From Tubulanus polymorphus (Eukaryota; Animalia; Nemertea), in NCBI RefSeq assembly GCF_964204645.1, contig NC_134026.1, positions 24,214,150 to 24,278,149 on the forward strand: a stretch of 64,000 bases of DNA, in the 5' to 3' direction. This document shows, one piece after another, positions 1-20,563 of the stretch. Made by a program: the position numbers and the translations under genes. How positions within the stretch are numbered: the stretch's first letter is position 1; each line of letters begins with the position of its first letter. The notes beneath the pieces were generated by a model. That model ran no database searches. It was given only the letters and a program-made list of their open reading frames with translations, and was not told the DNA's origin.

Positions 1-880
1 ATAGTTTCCTGAATATTATACTGGATTTTCAGAAAGCCTCAGGTTTTAGTTTTAGAGAAATTTGATTTTGAATTTTAATTTTTAAATACTGCCCCTTGAT
101 GCAGTCGTGTATTGAAATATTGCATTTTTTACTATGATCAAATCATTGCACAGACATCTGCCTTAAAGAATAGAGTTTCCTTTATAATATTCTCGATTTT
201 CAGAAAGCCTCAGGTTTTAGATTAATGGAATTTTATTTTTTGAAATTTAAATTTCTGAATATCGCGCAATGATGCAATCGTGTATTGAAATGACGCGTTT
301 TTTTTACTATGAAAAAATCAATGCACAGACATCTGCCTTGAATCAACTTAAAGACTAGAGTTAATATACTTAATTATCCTCAGGTTTGAGTTTAAGTTTA
401 ATTTTTGAATATCGTGCCACGATGCTATCATCTATTGAAATGACGCATTTTTTACTATGATCAAACCAATGCACAGACATCTGCTTTACATCAACTTTAC
501 ATCAGAGTGTGCTTATTAATATACTTAATTTTAAGGAAGTCTCAGGTTTCAGAGTTTCAGAGAAATCTCATTATGAATTTTAACTTTTTAAATATCACGC
601 AATGATGCAATCGTGTATTGAAATGACGCGTTTTTTACTATGATCAAATCAATGCACAGACATCTGCCTTAAATCAACTTAAAGAATAGAGTTTCCTTAA
701 TGATATACTTAATTTTCAGGAACCCTGAGGTTTTAGTTTTAGAGAAATTTGATTTTGAATTTTAATGTTAACATGTTGAGCCATGATGCAATCGTGCGTT
801 GAAATATTGCGTATTTTTTACTATGAACAAATGAAGACATCTGCTTTAAATCAACTCGAAGAATAGAGAAATTAATTTTC
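1..880. repeat. Degenerate tandem array, ~150-185 bp unit, about 5 copies, may continue beyond the window start
   Basis: The motif (GCA)CAGACATCTGC recurs at ~151, 326, 474, 657 and 835. Each unit also shares GATGCAATCGTGTATTGAAAT, TTTTTACTATGATCAAA and CTCAGGTTTTAG blocks. Confidence 0.9.
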
Positions 881-1975
881 AGGTAGCATTGTTTTACTTT
901 TATAGACATAGTTGAATTTTAACAGGCATAATTGATGTAAAATACATTTCGATGAAAATCTATGAAATTTACGAAAATCACTACACATTTTAATTATATA
1001 AAACAATTATTGATCACTCTTCTGCCCCGGTGACTTTATTGAATGATCGTCGTTTCGTCCGGTCAAAGTGTTAAGTTATACATTTCATGTCAACCAGTAT
1101 CTACAGGCAGCTATACAGTGTGTACACACTATATCTGAATACGAGGCTGGAATAACAGGCTCACTTCACGATAGTGGCGCAAGCCCCTGTTTAGCCTCTG
1201 CAGTTTTCAAAAATGTCTTGAACAATTTATTCATTGTGTACTTAAACAAAATATAAATCATGCTTATGCTTACCAAATCAACATAACCCCTTGTTTCGGA
1301 CATTTCGAATGATTACTAAGGGCCTACAGATTCTCACAAAATTTAATTATGAACATTTTGATTTATAACAAAAATTGTTGATTGCGGATGTAATAAAACT
1401 TAGTATTCACTAATGATCGGTTGTCGACCTTTGCTTAAACCCGGACTCTGCGCGTTACTCTTCTTCACGGCACCGCAGTCCTTATTTCACTGCGTTTGAG
1501 ATTTCACTATTGGTTTTCGTTATTCCATATTGGTGTACTGGCTAATTGGTGGACCTTGCAGCAACTGTTGCTGGGGTATTCGAAATTGCAAAAACTGGAA
1601 AAAAAACAGCGTAAAAATGGTCTTGTCTTGCACTTTTTTTTTGTCAATCTTGTAGACTCAGTCTATCGACAAGCTTTTTTTGACTCAACACCTTGGATAA
1701 AACACATCAAGAATGGATGGGAATAGCAGCATTCAAAACCAAACAAAACTACATGAAAACCAAATGGCAATGCAGAGGCAGAAAAACAAACATATGTAAA
1801 TATTTACAAAAGGTTGTTTATTTTACATGATTACAAAAATGTGTACTTCATAAACATTAAACACTATTCACAATTCAATATCAATTATTGATCAGATTTT
1901 TCTGTTCTAGCTCAAAGCTAAATGCGTGAATCATATATACATGAACATCCAGTGTATGGCATTCTATCAGTAGCA

Positions 1976-3294
1976 TCATATCCTTTCTTGAGACTCAAGC
2001 AAAACCACACTGTTCCCTCTGACAACCTGAAGTAGAAATATACAAAAATTAAGTAATTTTCAATCTTAGAAATAGCAAGAGTTCATTCATTTTACTAATA
2101 CAGTCAAAGTCTGTTACTTATAATGCCATCGTTTTTTCTAAAGACAAATTTGCTCAATCCAACTCAATTTCAATGGAAATACCATTCTTTACAACGCCAA
2201 ATTCGTAATCATGCCATGTTTTTCATTGGCTCCAACAGTATCATCATAAAGGACATACTGTAAAAGCTATTTGGATTTTCCCCTCATTTCCAAAGCCATC
2301 AATGACATCAAAGTTAGTAGCCGAGAATTTTAACTAGACAAAGTATGAGGAGTTTTTAATTAGAATAGCAATGTAATCCATCACGGTACGACAGAGTTGC
2401 AGTCACATTCAGACAGCTGAATAATTCAATAGGAATGCCACCATCTGGTCATCCTCTACTCAACAATGACGGATAGAAGTGCTGAGTTTCTAAGTGAATC
2501 AGAAGGTTATCTGTAATGATAAAAATACATAACATACCACCATGCCGATTGGTCGTTTTTCACCGGTTTTTAACTCTTCAATGCACTCATCTATCACTAT
2601 ATTCATGAATGGATCGAAGCCTCTCAGAACTCCTGTTATTTGTCGATAGCCATTGAGTTTCACTGTAAAAAAAAATCAGAATGAGCATTGTATTTAAGAT
2701 TTATACAAAAGGCATAAATGCCAGGGTCAATAAGTGTAAAAATACTTACATGTTAATCTCTTGTCCATATACCTGAAAGAAATAAATAATCAAATAGAGA
2801 AGAATTAATTAAAAACCAAGTCCAAGATGGTACATTCATTCATAAAGAATTAAAAGATACTCCAGCACACCCTCACTACTACTGACGTACTGTAAGTGGT
2901 TTATTTAAAAAGGTGAATATTAGGTATTGAATTTAAGTGAGTGAATGGTGCCTGGCGAGGCCGAGGGTCTGATGAATTTAATGCACAACACTGCCACTGA
3001 GCAAATGCACACCAAGATTTCACCAAATGCAATATGACAAAATTGCAATCATAATTTTTTTTAGCAAATAATGTGTGAAAAGAAACGGGGGAAAATTAGA
3101 ACAATAATCATGAGTATAACAATAAGATTCGCTACTAAATTGTCAGAAATAACCTTAAATTTTTCACTGTGTATTTGTAAGCAAACTATGGCATACTACA
3201 ACACATTTTTCGAATAAACAGATGATAAAATCGTAAATAGTGCTTAAGAATTACAAACATACTTCTTCAATTCTGGTGGATGTGCTTTACTCAT
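1976..3294 (-). CDS. SNRPG: Small nuclear ribonucleoprotein G (Sm-G), 76 aa, 4 exons: 3294-3263, 2772-2750, 2662-2538, 2026-1976
   Basis: Manual spliced translation [76 protein letters not shown]. All introns are GT-AG. Not in the ORF track because the exons are short. Confidence 0.97.
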
Positions 3295-3714
3295 CGTGAT
3301 TTAGTAAGATTATTAATCCAAACTTTCAAAGAAATTCGTTACGAATACAAACAGCGCCGGTTAGTGAGAATGTTACAGGAAAAATTCACGACGCTGGACC
3401 GCGGGTAACACTAAACAACGGAAGAAGGATCAGCGTCGGTATTCGATGTAATAATAATTTAAGCTATTCTCTTATATCTCTAATTATAGATTTTAAAAAA
3501 TAACAAGTTTTGAACTTATTTAGAAAATATTTTGATATCTGGTAAATGAAAAGTTCTAGAATTGCTGTCACACGTCAGTAATACGCAGTAGTGATGACGT
3601 CATCGACATATGCGCACTAAAGGACACAGACCGGCGAAGTTGTGCAGTTTTTCAGTGTAGAGCTGCTACATTTTACAACTCACCTTTGAAAACATACACA
3701 CATTTCTCTCCAGA
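3295..3714. promoter_or_regulatory. Bidirectional promoter region SNRPG/VCP with a CRE palindrome and a partial heat-shock element
   Basis: 420 bp between the divergent ATGs. GATGACGTCATC at 3593-3604 (TGACGTCA core); TTCTAGAA HSE-like units near 3554-3561; ATGCGCA near 3610. Confidence 0.6.
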
Positions 3715-8177
<4,463 letters not shown>

Positions 8178-9511
8178 ATCACATCAGATACGATTCATTC
8201 ATTCATGAGTTTAACATCCTTCGATGAATTGCCGAACGTACGACATGTAAAGAACACTCTTAGATGATGAAAGTGTTTCCAACGCAGTTCATTTCATTCC
8301 AACACTAGTTTGACATTTCGACTTACAAATCTTAACTTTGCGTTGTTTAAATTCACATGAAATATATAATCAACCAAATCTGAAGAATTTTTCGTGTATT
8401 GTATAGTTCCGTAGTTGCGGATATTTTGTAATATATGAAGCGTAATTTTATTGAAGAAATATGTAATTTATATATAAACACAATAGCTGGCACTCGGTAT
8501 TGACGAAACTTGTTGTATTATCATCGAATAATTCAAATTTGAAGCATAGTTTTCAAAAAAAAGTCAAGTACCGGTATATCTTCAAACAAAAAAAAACTAC
8601 ATGTATCATTAGCGTAGTATTTTCATTGCATTTTAAGATCCCAGGATTGTATTGATGTGCTAATGAATTTGTGTTTATCTGTGTGTGTAAGGTATACTGG
8701 AAATTTGGATATCAAAGTACATGTATCATGCATTCCACTGTTTGATAAACCCCTTTCGCCTAAATTGCCTTGAAAATCCGTGGCAGAGATAACTATATTC
8801 ATCCAACAATGCTAATGTTCTCTTCTGGACAGATTAAATTTTCAGCCGAATTTCAGGAATTTTGCCGTTGAATGTCAAGTACATCACCTTATCCTGTGAA
8901 CAATATTTAATTGCGTATGGCTATTAATTTTTTCCAATGAAGAACAATGATATTTTGTTTTGTACTGTATTTGGTTACAATTTCCCGGTCTGTGTTTACT
9001 GAAGAAACTAACCTTACTTGGGTTTGGGAAAAATGTGATGTTACCACAATAAACGGGGAATATACTTCTCAATTAATTGTGTTGTTGTTCCAAGGTCTTT
9101 CTATTCAAGAGGATAAATGTTGTTGCTGCTGCTGCCAAGATCAAACTGGGAATTAATGAGGATACACTGCTGACTAATACATAGGATATACTACTGCGAA
9201 AGGTTAATGACTGCTCGATACCAAACTTCATCATTTTGTATCCGAATACCTGCACTTCATCGGATTTGCAGATGAAAGATATTTACCCGGTACCAAAATC
9301 CCAATAATTTTTAACTACAATGTGTACTGGTAAATATTTTTGTTTACTTTGTAAAATATTATTGACATTAGGTATGTACATAAAAAATTTGCAACAATGG
9401 ATTCTGCTATCCTTCAGTCTAATAAAGACCAACTTGCAGCCAGTTTGATAGGATAGCACCTTAGATTGCGAACAAGAGAGACATTAATCTTGAAATTCAT
9501 TCTCTTGAGTT

Positions 9512-11185
9512 TCATCCGTCACGCAATGAGTTAATCTTAAAATACAAGTCCTTTTGATACGGTCGTTGAAGAGGATGTGCGAGTAACTGAGCAATATGGT
9601 CGTAAACCCTCGTAAGATTCTTTGCCACCTCAAAGATATACGATCGTTCCTTAGTGTCCAGATCACAGAGGAAGTTGAATACTTCCTACAATGAATGAAA
9701 TACACCATACTTATTAGCATTAAAAGTGCACTTTTGATCAGAACCGGAGAAGATTCAATGAGTATTTTACCTCGCATTTGTTGTCATCACTAGCAGGCTC
9801 GTGAACGTAAAATGCGTCGATAAAGAAATACGGAGATGAATTCAACAGTTTAAAACCCTGGAAGATCAATTAACAGTACATCATGATTATTATTTAAAAC
9901 CTCATGTAATTTAAAACCTGATTTAATATATCTGATTGATATAATTTTGGAAACCAATACTCACCTCGTCATTCAGGATAGAAGGGACACAATGAGACCT
10001 TCCATAAAACAAAATAGCTCTAGCTGTAAACGGTGGTGGAACTGCAGTTGGGTCATTCACTACAGGCAACACCACATGATTTGATCTGTTCGGTTGAAAA
10101 AACAGAATCGTGGAATTACCAGTATGATCAAATCAATCGAATGCTGCATGGATTTGGACGAGATAAACTTACATCACTTCGAACAAAGATCCGATATCAA
10201 AACTGTCACACTGGAATGATTTCGGGCTTAAATCATCGAGGAAATTGACGACTTCTTTCGGATCTTTGGTGAAATCCTTTACCTGAAAGACAATATAAAA
10301 CGCTCAGAGAATAGAAACAGTTTGATAGTTAGACTGTTTGGTTCTAGTGAAAAACTCTACTAACCCATACAGCATCACCATGTAAAGCAATTAATGCGTA
10401 TTCGTGATTTCTGTTTATCTGGCTTTTAGTCTGAAGATATATACCAAGAGCTCTCTTAATCAGCTTCATCGGAGAAAACTTATCCCTAAAATGAACACAT
10501 CATTTTTATTCAACATCTATATCATACGGACTATGCGGTGAACTAGAAAAATGATATATATATATATATATATTTACCCTGCACGGGACTTGAATAATAA
10601 ACTTTCCATTTCAGAAGACAGATCAAGGCAAATAATCTGAAAGGTTAAGAGTTCATGAATGTTGGTGTAAGACAAGGATGGTAAGGGCAGTAAACAGTTG
10701 TTGTTGTACCAGAGCGGAGGTAGTCTAATACCTATTACTTAGTACCTATTAGAACCGGTAACAACGACTGGTATTCAGACTAGAGCATCTTTTCCTGGAA
10801 GAAAGTGAAATCAGAACAGAAACCCCGATGAAAAAGGGGCATATTGACTTACAATTTTTTCAGGGCAATTAACCCGAGGAAATTTGATGCTGGGAGTGTC
10901 GATAAGGTTTGTTGCGTATTCATCTTGTTGACCTAATGATGGCGATGCTGCAGCAGCTGAAGAAGAAATGGAGTAACGCCGGGTCATTTCGGGTCTTCTT
11001 TTTTCATTTTTCCTCGTATTCTCATTAACTAAATCACTGCTAGTGCTAGATTGTGATTGTGAAGGGGACACTTCGGTTACGCATTGATCGTCGATGATGG
11101 CATATTCATTGAGCACCTCTTGTGATGGTGGTACGGGTTGACTTTCCGTAGAATTGTCAAAAGTATCATCGCTGTCGTCCGCCAT
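9512..11185 (-). CDS. BABAM1: BRISC and BRCA1-A complex member 1 (MERIT40), vWA-like, about 5 exons
   Basis: Exon 1 (11185-10853) ends PRVNCPEKI and splices to IICLDLSSEM (10636-10578). The last exon reads LLAHPLQRPYQKDLYFKINSLRDG*. Both are hallmark MERIT40 motifs. The ATG sits in CAAGATGGCGG (Kozak/YY1-like). Confidence 0.92.
10554..10573. repeat. (TA)n microsatellite in a BABAM1 intron
   Basis: Direct read of the sequence. Confidence 0.9.
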
Positions 11186-12079
11186 CTTGTCAACACTACT
11201 CGCAGGTTCCGGCCTAGCAGTTGGAATAATCCGAATATAGATGGCGTTGTTATCCAATGGATGAGATATCTATTTTCTGTGAATTTTAACGTATTTTGTG
11301 GTATTTTAGGTAAATCTATCAACCGATTTATTTCAATACACCGATACAGTATCATATAAGGCATATAGTTTATCACAATCAAAGATTTCGTCCAAAAAAG
11401 TAATTGATTAACTGAAATCTTGTAGTTTTAAATGACAATCTTTTAGTCAAAGTCGGTCAGGTTAGTTTTGACTTGTGTGTGGAGGCATTAGGGATAGGGA
11501 GCATAAAAGCTAGCCTTACCCTTACTCTCATTCATTCCAGCTGTTAACCTTCGTTATTACGTCACGATTCCGTTTAAGATGACACTCGTTTACTTATGAT
11601 GATTTCCAGTGTGAGATATTTAATTTAATCAAGCTAGTTATGCACGATACAAACGAAGAAACCTGTTTAATACGACAATTTCACTTTTGCCCCAAGATTC
11701 ATATTAATGAGGTTTCTCTGTGTTTTTTTTTTAGCGAATCCATCATTGGTGTTAGCTAATCGAGCTTTTGGGAAATATTTCCGATCTTGAAACTAAATGA
11801 AAAACTTTATATTCCCACAACACAAGTCATACAGTCTGGTGAATACCCAGACGATGACTTTCAGGTTCTGCTACTACCGAACAACGGCTTGATATTTAAC
11901 TACCATCATATGACTAGTCCAGTAGACCAACCATCATCATTACCTTAAGTGCTCTACCTAGTTACACTACGTCTACCATTCAGAGACACCCTTACCCTAG
12001 TTTAGTACAACTCCGATCATCCATTCAAGCCCAATGATTAAAGTAAGTTAACTCCTTTTCAGAGAGCTGAATCATAAAC

Positions 12080-14927
<2,848 letters not shown>

Positions 14928-16034
14928 TTGAATTAATTTAGGTTAAGTTATCAGAATTTATGAATTCTAAATGTGATAGCATGATTTTTTTTTGTTAATC
15001 CGTGCCTGATATGGTGATTGCGAAAGTGTGTAAATATTGAGATAGAAGTTTGTAACATATTGAACTATGGTATCTGATCGAGTTTCCTTTTTGAGTTTCA
15101 TGCTAATGATATGTAAATGCGTATTGAACTGTGAACTGTTCATATAAAGGAAATTGTGAAGGTAACGATGTGAATTCTGCTTGTATGGTAATTTGCGACT
15201 TACTAATCTGGATTCATATCTATTGAAGAAGAGTTTTTCATAGATATATCTACTATTTATTGTAATTATTGGTCTTGGGTGAAGAATTGTTGAGTGTATA
15301 AGGTAAACCATTGGCAGCAGGGAAGAAGGTCTGAAATAAAGCAAATTTTGTCTATGTTATCACTTGTTATTTGAAATGATAGTAACATTGATAGCGCGGA
15401 TAGTATTTATGAGACATCCTGCTATACCTAATAACTCAAGAAATGATATTGTAATCTATATGTAAGCTTGAAGCAAAAAATGTAGTTGAGAATTTCAGTT
15501 TTATTTTGCATTTGTTACAATTTAGACAATTCACATGTCATTGTGACATTCATTTTGTATCTGTTAATCTGTAAATAATGTATAGCCAGTGTAACGTGTA
15601 TTGATTTTAAATTGAATAGATTTTCAATATTTTATTCTAAATTATTAGCGATTAATTTCTTGAGACCTAAGAGAAAACTCTGCCTCACGAAAAATTAATG
15701 CTAAATGTCTTGAGTAATGACTCTTAAGAGCAATTTTAATCAAGCTGTACATCAACCCAGGTGTGGTTTTGGAGGGATTTGTGTCAATGGAAAATGATTT
15801 GTTGTGTTTTCTTGCCATATATAGATTTTGTGGTAATGAATAAGTTAAGAAATATATCGCTATTGTCTATGGAAAAATGCAAATTGTCTTACAGTCTTTT
15901 CTTTCGTTTTGCTGTGTACTGTATCGACGTATATTGTAGAGGGCAGCACTAGTTGAGCCGGTTCGACTCGAAAAATATCTTTGCCATCATTAAAACCTTT
16001 CTGTAGCTGTTTATCCTGCTTTGACAATAACGCA

Positions 16035-18488
16035 ATGGATTGCGATAAAACCGGAAAGGTACAAAAATCTTAAATATAAGTAGCTCAATGCCTGTCCATC
16101 CAGATTGTGCGAATGATGCCATCGAATTTCCATGGACATGACAGGATACAGTATGGTGCAGAACTATAGAAGAAGTGTGCAACCAGGAAAACATACGTCA
16201 CAATTTTCGTTTCTTGTCCTGATACATCATAATATCTATTTCAATATGAGCTGTTGAGTAGGTTTACCTGTATCTAATTCCTTATCCCTATTCTTCCTTA
16301 CACTTGTGGTAAGCGAACGAACACCAATTGTAACCAGAAAATGTATTACGGGTTACCCTGTTTTAGGACGGCTAGGTACTTCACTAAAAAAAATCTTTTT
16401 TGTCTGGGATCGATTTTTGGGGATATTTCTCTTAATTTTTTGAAGACAGTTTGAATAAATCATTGGTTTGATAATCATTTAGCCGTGTATTGAAGGATTG
16501 GCATTCTCAAACTGCACAGTTTCATTGGTGTTAAGACCAAATTGTGGTATGTGTTCGACAGATTAAGCAAAATGTCCCAAAAAATCGATCTCAGACGAAA
16601 GTGAATGGCTTTAGGTAGGCCCGGATATTACAGCAGTGCTGATAGCAGATTGCTCCTCCTCGTGAATAATGACTAGATTAGTCTGACATTTAAGACTCAC
16701 ATTTAAGTTGTTTTTCCCATTCTAGGTATTTCCCCCATTGAAAAATGATACCCTTCTCAAAGCTGCTCGGGGTGAAAAGGTTAAACATGTACCAGTTTGG
16801 GTGATGAGGCAAGCCGGACGGTACTTACCAGGTACAGTTGTAGTATACTTTATTTCAAATGAATGTTTAAAAATATTTTTTGACTGCAAGTTTAGTATGG
16901 AAACTTTAATATTTCAGAATTCAAGGAGTTGAGAAGCAAGCACTCTTTCATAGAAATGTGCCATACACCAGAACTTGCTTGTGAAGTCACATTACAGGTG
17001 AAATCTTATATCCTTCAATACAACTTCATGAAAAGTCTAAGATCATAACTCAATGAATCTTATATTTTTAGCCACTCAGGAGATTTCCACTGGATGGTGC
17101 TATCATATTTTCAGACATTCTTGTTGTCAATAAAGCATTAGGTGTCGACTTTGAACTTATACCAGAGAAAGTAAGTTTTTTTGTATTCAAAAGTTTTGAT
17201 TAATTCATATTGCATAATAAATGAATGAATTATGAATATTCTAGGGTATTCATGTACCAAATCCACTAAAATCACCAGAGGACATTAGTCGTTTAAAAAC
17301 TGATATTGACATCAAGAAAGAATTGTCATATGTTTTTGATGCCATAACCTTGACTAGACATAAACTTGAAGGCAAGGTTCCACTTCTAGGATTCTGCGGT
17401 GCACCGGTATGTTTCCCTAATTTCATGTATTTTAAAATAAACACATTTGGCAAAAGCTTACTTACAGCAAATTATTCCATTTCATCTATTCTAGTGGACA
17501 CTTATGACATATATGGTTGAATCAGATAGCTCCCCTGGGAAAGAATTGGTGAAAAAATGGTTGTACGAGTATCCAGAGGCTAGTCATAAACTATTGCATA
17601 TTATAGCTAATGTACTGGTGGATTATCTAACTGAACAAGTGTTGGCTGGAGCTCAGGTATGCAGTAGGAAAAAATTTTCTGTATTCTTTTGTTTCAATCA
17701 TCTTTGCTCATATATATGTACCATGTATTTTTGCAGATGTTGCAAGTGTTTGAATCGCATGCTGGTTGTTTGGGGACAAACTTATTCAACAAATTCTCAC
17801 TACCATACGTAACTGACATAGCAAAACGCGTAAAAGAAAACCTACAAGCTAAAAATATACAACCAGTGCCCATGGTAATTTATTACTCGATAACAATATT
17901 TTGTCTTTCTAATGCAGCTTTTATTGTCATTTTTTGAAAAATTGTAATGTTTCTGTACATAGGTTATTTTTGCTAATGGAGGACACTATGCAATTGAGGA
18001 TTTAGCTCATTCAAGTTATGATGTGATTGGATTAGACTGGACTGTTAAACCCAAAAATGCAAGGTAATTTCCATCCCAGTGCTTTGAATATTGTGTAGTG
18101 TAATATTGAAAATGTCTCTTAATCATCGAAAATATTTGTATCGAATTTGAGTTTGAATATTATTTTGTGTTTTGATTTCAGGAGGTTAGCTGGAACTAGT
18201 GTTTCTCTTCAAGGCAATCTGGACCCATCTGCATTATTTGCCCCTAAGGTAAGAGGACCTAAAAAGAAATTGAGGTGAGGTGATGCATATAGACTATTGG
18301 TAATATCGTTGTTGTATTTTTTGTAGGAAGAAATTTCGAGATTGGTTAAAGAGATGTTAGATAAGTTCGGTAAAGATCGTTATATCGCAAATCTTGGTCA
18401 CGGTATATCTCGATACACAGATCCAGAACATATGGCTGCATTCGTGGAGGCTATTCATCAATATTCCACTGACTCTGATGATGAGTGA
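16035..18488 (+). CDS. UROD: Uroporphyrinogen decarboxylase, divergent, about 10 exons; exon 1 16035-16058 (MDCDKTGK) inferred
   Basis: [75 protein letters not shown]; stop TGA at 18486-18488. Confidence 0.93.
16398..16600. mobile_element. MITE-like element in UROD intron 1
   Basis: ~30-bp inverted repeat TTTGTCTGGGATCGATTTTTGGGGATATTT ... AAATGTCCCAAAAAATCGATCTCAGACGAAA with a non-coding interior. Confidence 0.65.
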
Positions 18489-19165
18489 TGCAGTGTTCCT
18501 ACAGAGACTGCTTCTGATTTCAGTTAATAAACCACTTGTCTTGGTTGATGATTCCTATTTCCTGCGACTTGAATGCAAATTCAAAACCCCATGTCAAATA
18601 TTTAGTTCACTCTGTTACATAGTTTCCTGCGAACAAACGTGTGGTTTAGTGAGAGTACCTGCATCATGTGTCCCTAAACATGTCTTTGATAATATTGATT
18701 TACACTTGAAACATTTTAATCTAGTCCAATAGCTATGATATTGATATACAGATATACAAATGTAATAAAGCTTTATGAATTTTTTGTAAGTTGTCGCAAC
18801 TTATACAGTGAAATTTTTTCCATGAAACTAACATATTTGAATCTCTTTCGTTGGTTGTTTTTTTCTTTGTGTGTATGAAGATTTTCTGAATGCTGTACAA
18901 GTACCGGTATTTTATAAGAATCAGATAATGTTCAATACAGTATTATGAAATATTGTTGCCTTAAATGAAGTGAAAATAATGTACTAGATTCTATGGTAAT
19001 GAAATGATTATCCTTTGAAAATACGGTTGGACCGTAGTTGTTTTAAATCCTTTTTATTTGAAAACAATGCGAGTGTTACTGGATTTTCTACCAAGGCTAG
19101 AGATTACTGGATGCTCCGCTGGAACCAATAAAGAAAATGATACGAAGACACCATTTGAGAATTGA

Positions 19166-20563
19166 CTACGAATGTAATAGTTTTGCATTTATTACATGTG
19201 ACATTCCAGAAACAAATGCGGAATTACAAAATTCTAGAACTAGCTGAACAAAATGATATCTTTTGTTTACATCCTCATTTCTACCATCAGAGACTCGTCG
19301 CTTTTTACTGACATGGTCAGAATTATTCTCTGCGTTCGAGTCATAATTCTGTACGTCCATCCACTGGCAAATCAGTATTTGCATACACTTAGGAAAAAGT
19401 TCAGAAACAATATCTTCTGGTGGTGGCAAATTGTCTATGCAATCTATATGATTTACTTTGAAGGTATCGACTGCTTTTTCAACATTTTGTTTTAGTCCAG
19501 CAAATTTCTTGCCTAACCAATCGGCAATTGTACATAACATATAATCACAAGTGTCATATTCCGTGACACGGCAGCTGTCACAACTTAGATCATTGATGAT
19601 TTTTAGATATTTTTCCAACAAATTATTGATCAATGAAAAAATACAGAAATTGCAGGTCGGCGTTGTATGTGAATTGTCTGAAGAAATCAACACCTGACAA
19701 AGTGTTCTAAAATTGTTAATTTCTCCACAAACATCGAAAACTGGAAATTCTGTTATCACAAAATTCTGGTGATCTGTATGAGGATTACTTTGACTGGCAG
19801 TACAATCTGCTTGATATTCCCCTGTCCTTGTATCGTTGTAATATTCATAAACTTGTGAATGAAACCGCATTTGCATGTAATGAGGAAGAGGTGCATCATC
19901 GCAAAATTGAAGCCACAAATCCTGAAATAAAGTGAAAATTGCCAAACTTAGATAAAAAATCGTAAAAAACGATTTAATGCAGATACGAGTATTTTCATTT
20001 CAGAGTACTCACCTTCAAGTGAACTAAACATAGTTTTTTCATCTCTTTAGTATGTCTTTCAAAAACTAGACTAAATAATCCGCTGACAGAGTAGAACCAT
20101 AGTGGAGTTAATGCATTCTTGATGCCTGCCACTTGAACATTCTTGAAGTCTATTCTTGTAGCCTCACCACGTTTACAAAAACTCTGATTAACCCTTGACT
20201 GGTGCTTTTGAGCAACAGGACCTCCCTGAAATATATCCGCGCCAAGGAATAAAGGGATCTGAAATAAAAAGTTAGTAGTTATAAAACCATTAGGGTTTAT
20301 ATGGGGTTTGAACCACCATTGCGTCAAAAGGGATAATAATTACATCCGCGATCAACATTGTAGTCATAAGAATCTGCGCACCGATGAAATTTTGGCCCTG
20401 TCTCCAACAATAACATCAAAATCTTATCCATTATATGATTAGAAAATAGTAAATTAGTTACCCCATCGTTTGACATAAAACACTCTTCATTTATGACATT
20501 AACATTGATGTAACGAAGCACAACTTCGCCAATTTTCATATTTTTTACATATATGTCGGCCAT
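19166..20563 (-). CDS. Uncharacterised protein, ~367 aa, 3 exons: 20563-20462, 20258-20013, 19921-19166
   Basis: Strong start CAAGATGGCC. Phase-0 GT-AG joins (FMSNDG|IPLFLGADIF and VHLK|DLWLQFCDD) link three ORF-track segments into one open frame. No domain recognised with confidence. Confidence 0.8.

Noticed and set aside
1-880. Repeat array as a CRISPR-like array
   Set aside because: Whole units are homologous with no unique spacers, the context is eukaryotic, and there are no cas genes.
1068-1726. Short + strand ORFs (62 and 76 aa)
   Set aside because: They have non-ATG starts, no recognisable motif and no consistent splice structure.
2980-3000. TGGCAGTGT (miR-34 seed) on the - strand in SNRPG intron 1
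   Set aside because: Only the 5' part matches; the rest does not resemble mature miR-34 and there is no clean pre-miRNA stem.
20324-20461. ORF-track extension of the unknown gene's exon 1
   Set aside because: Better explained as intron: the GGG|GTAACT donor at 20461 joins exon 2 in frame, whereas the later donor does not.
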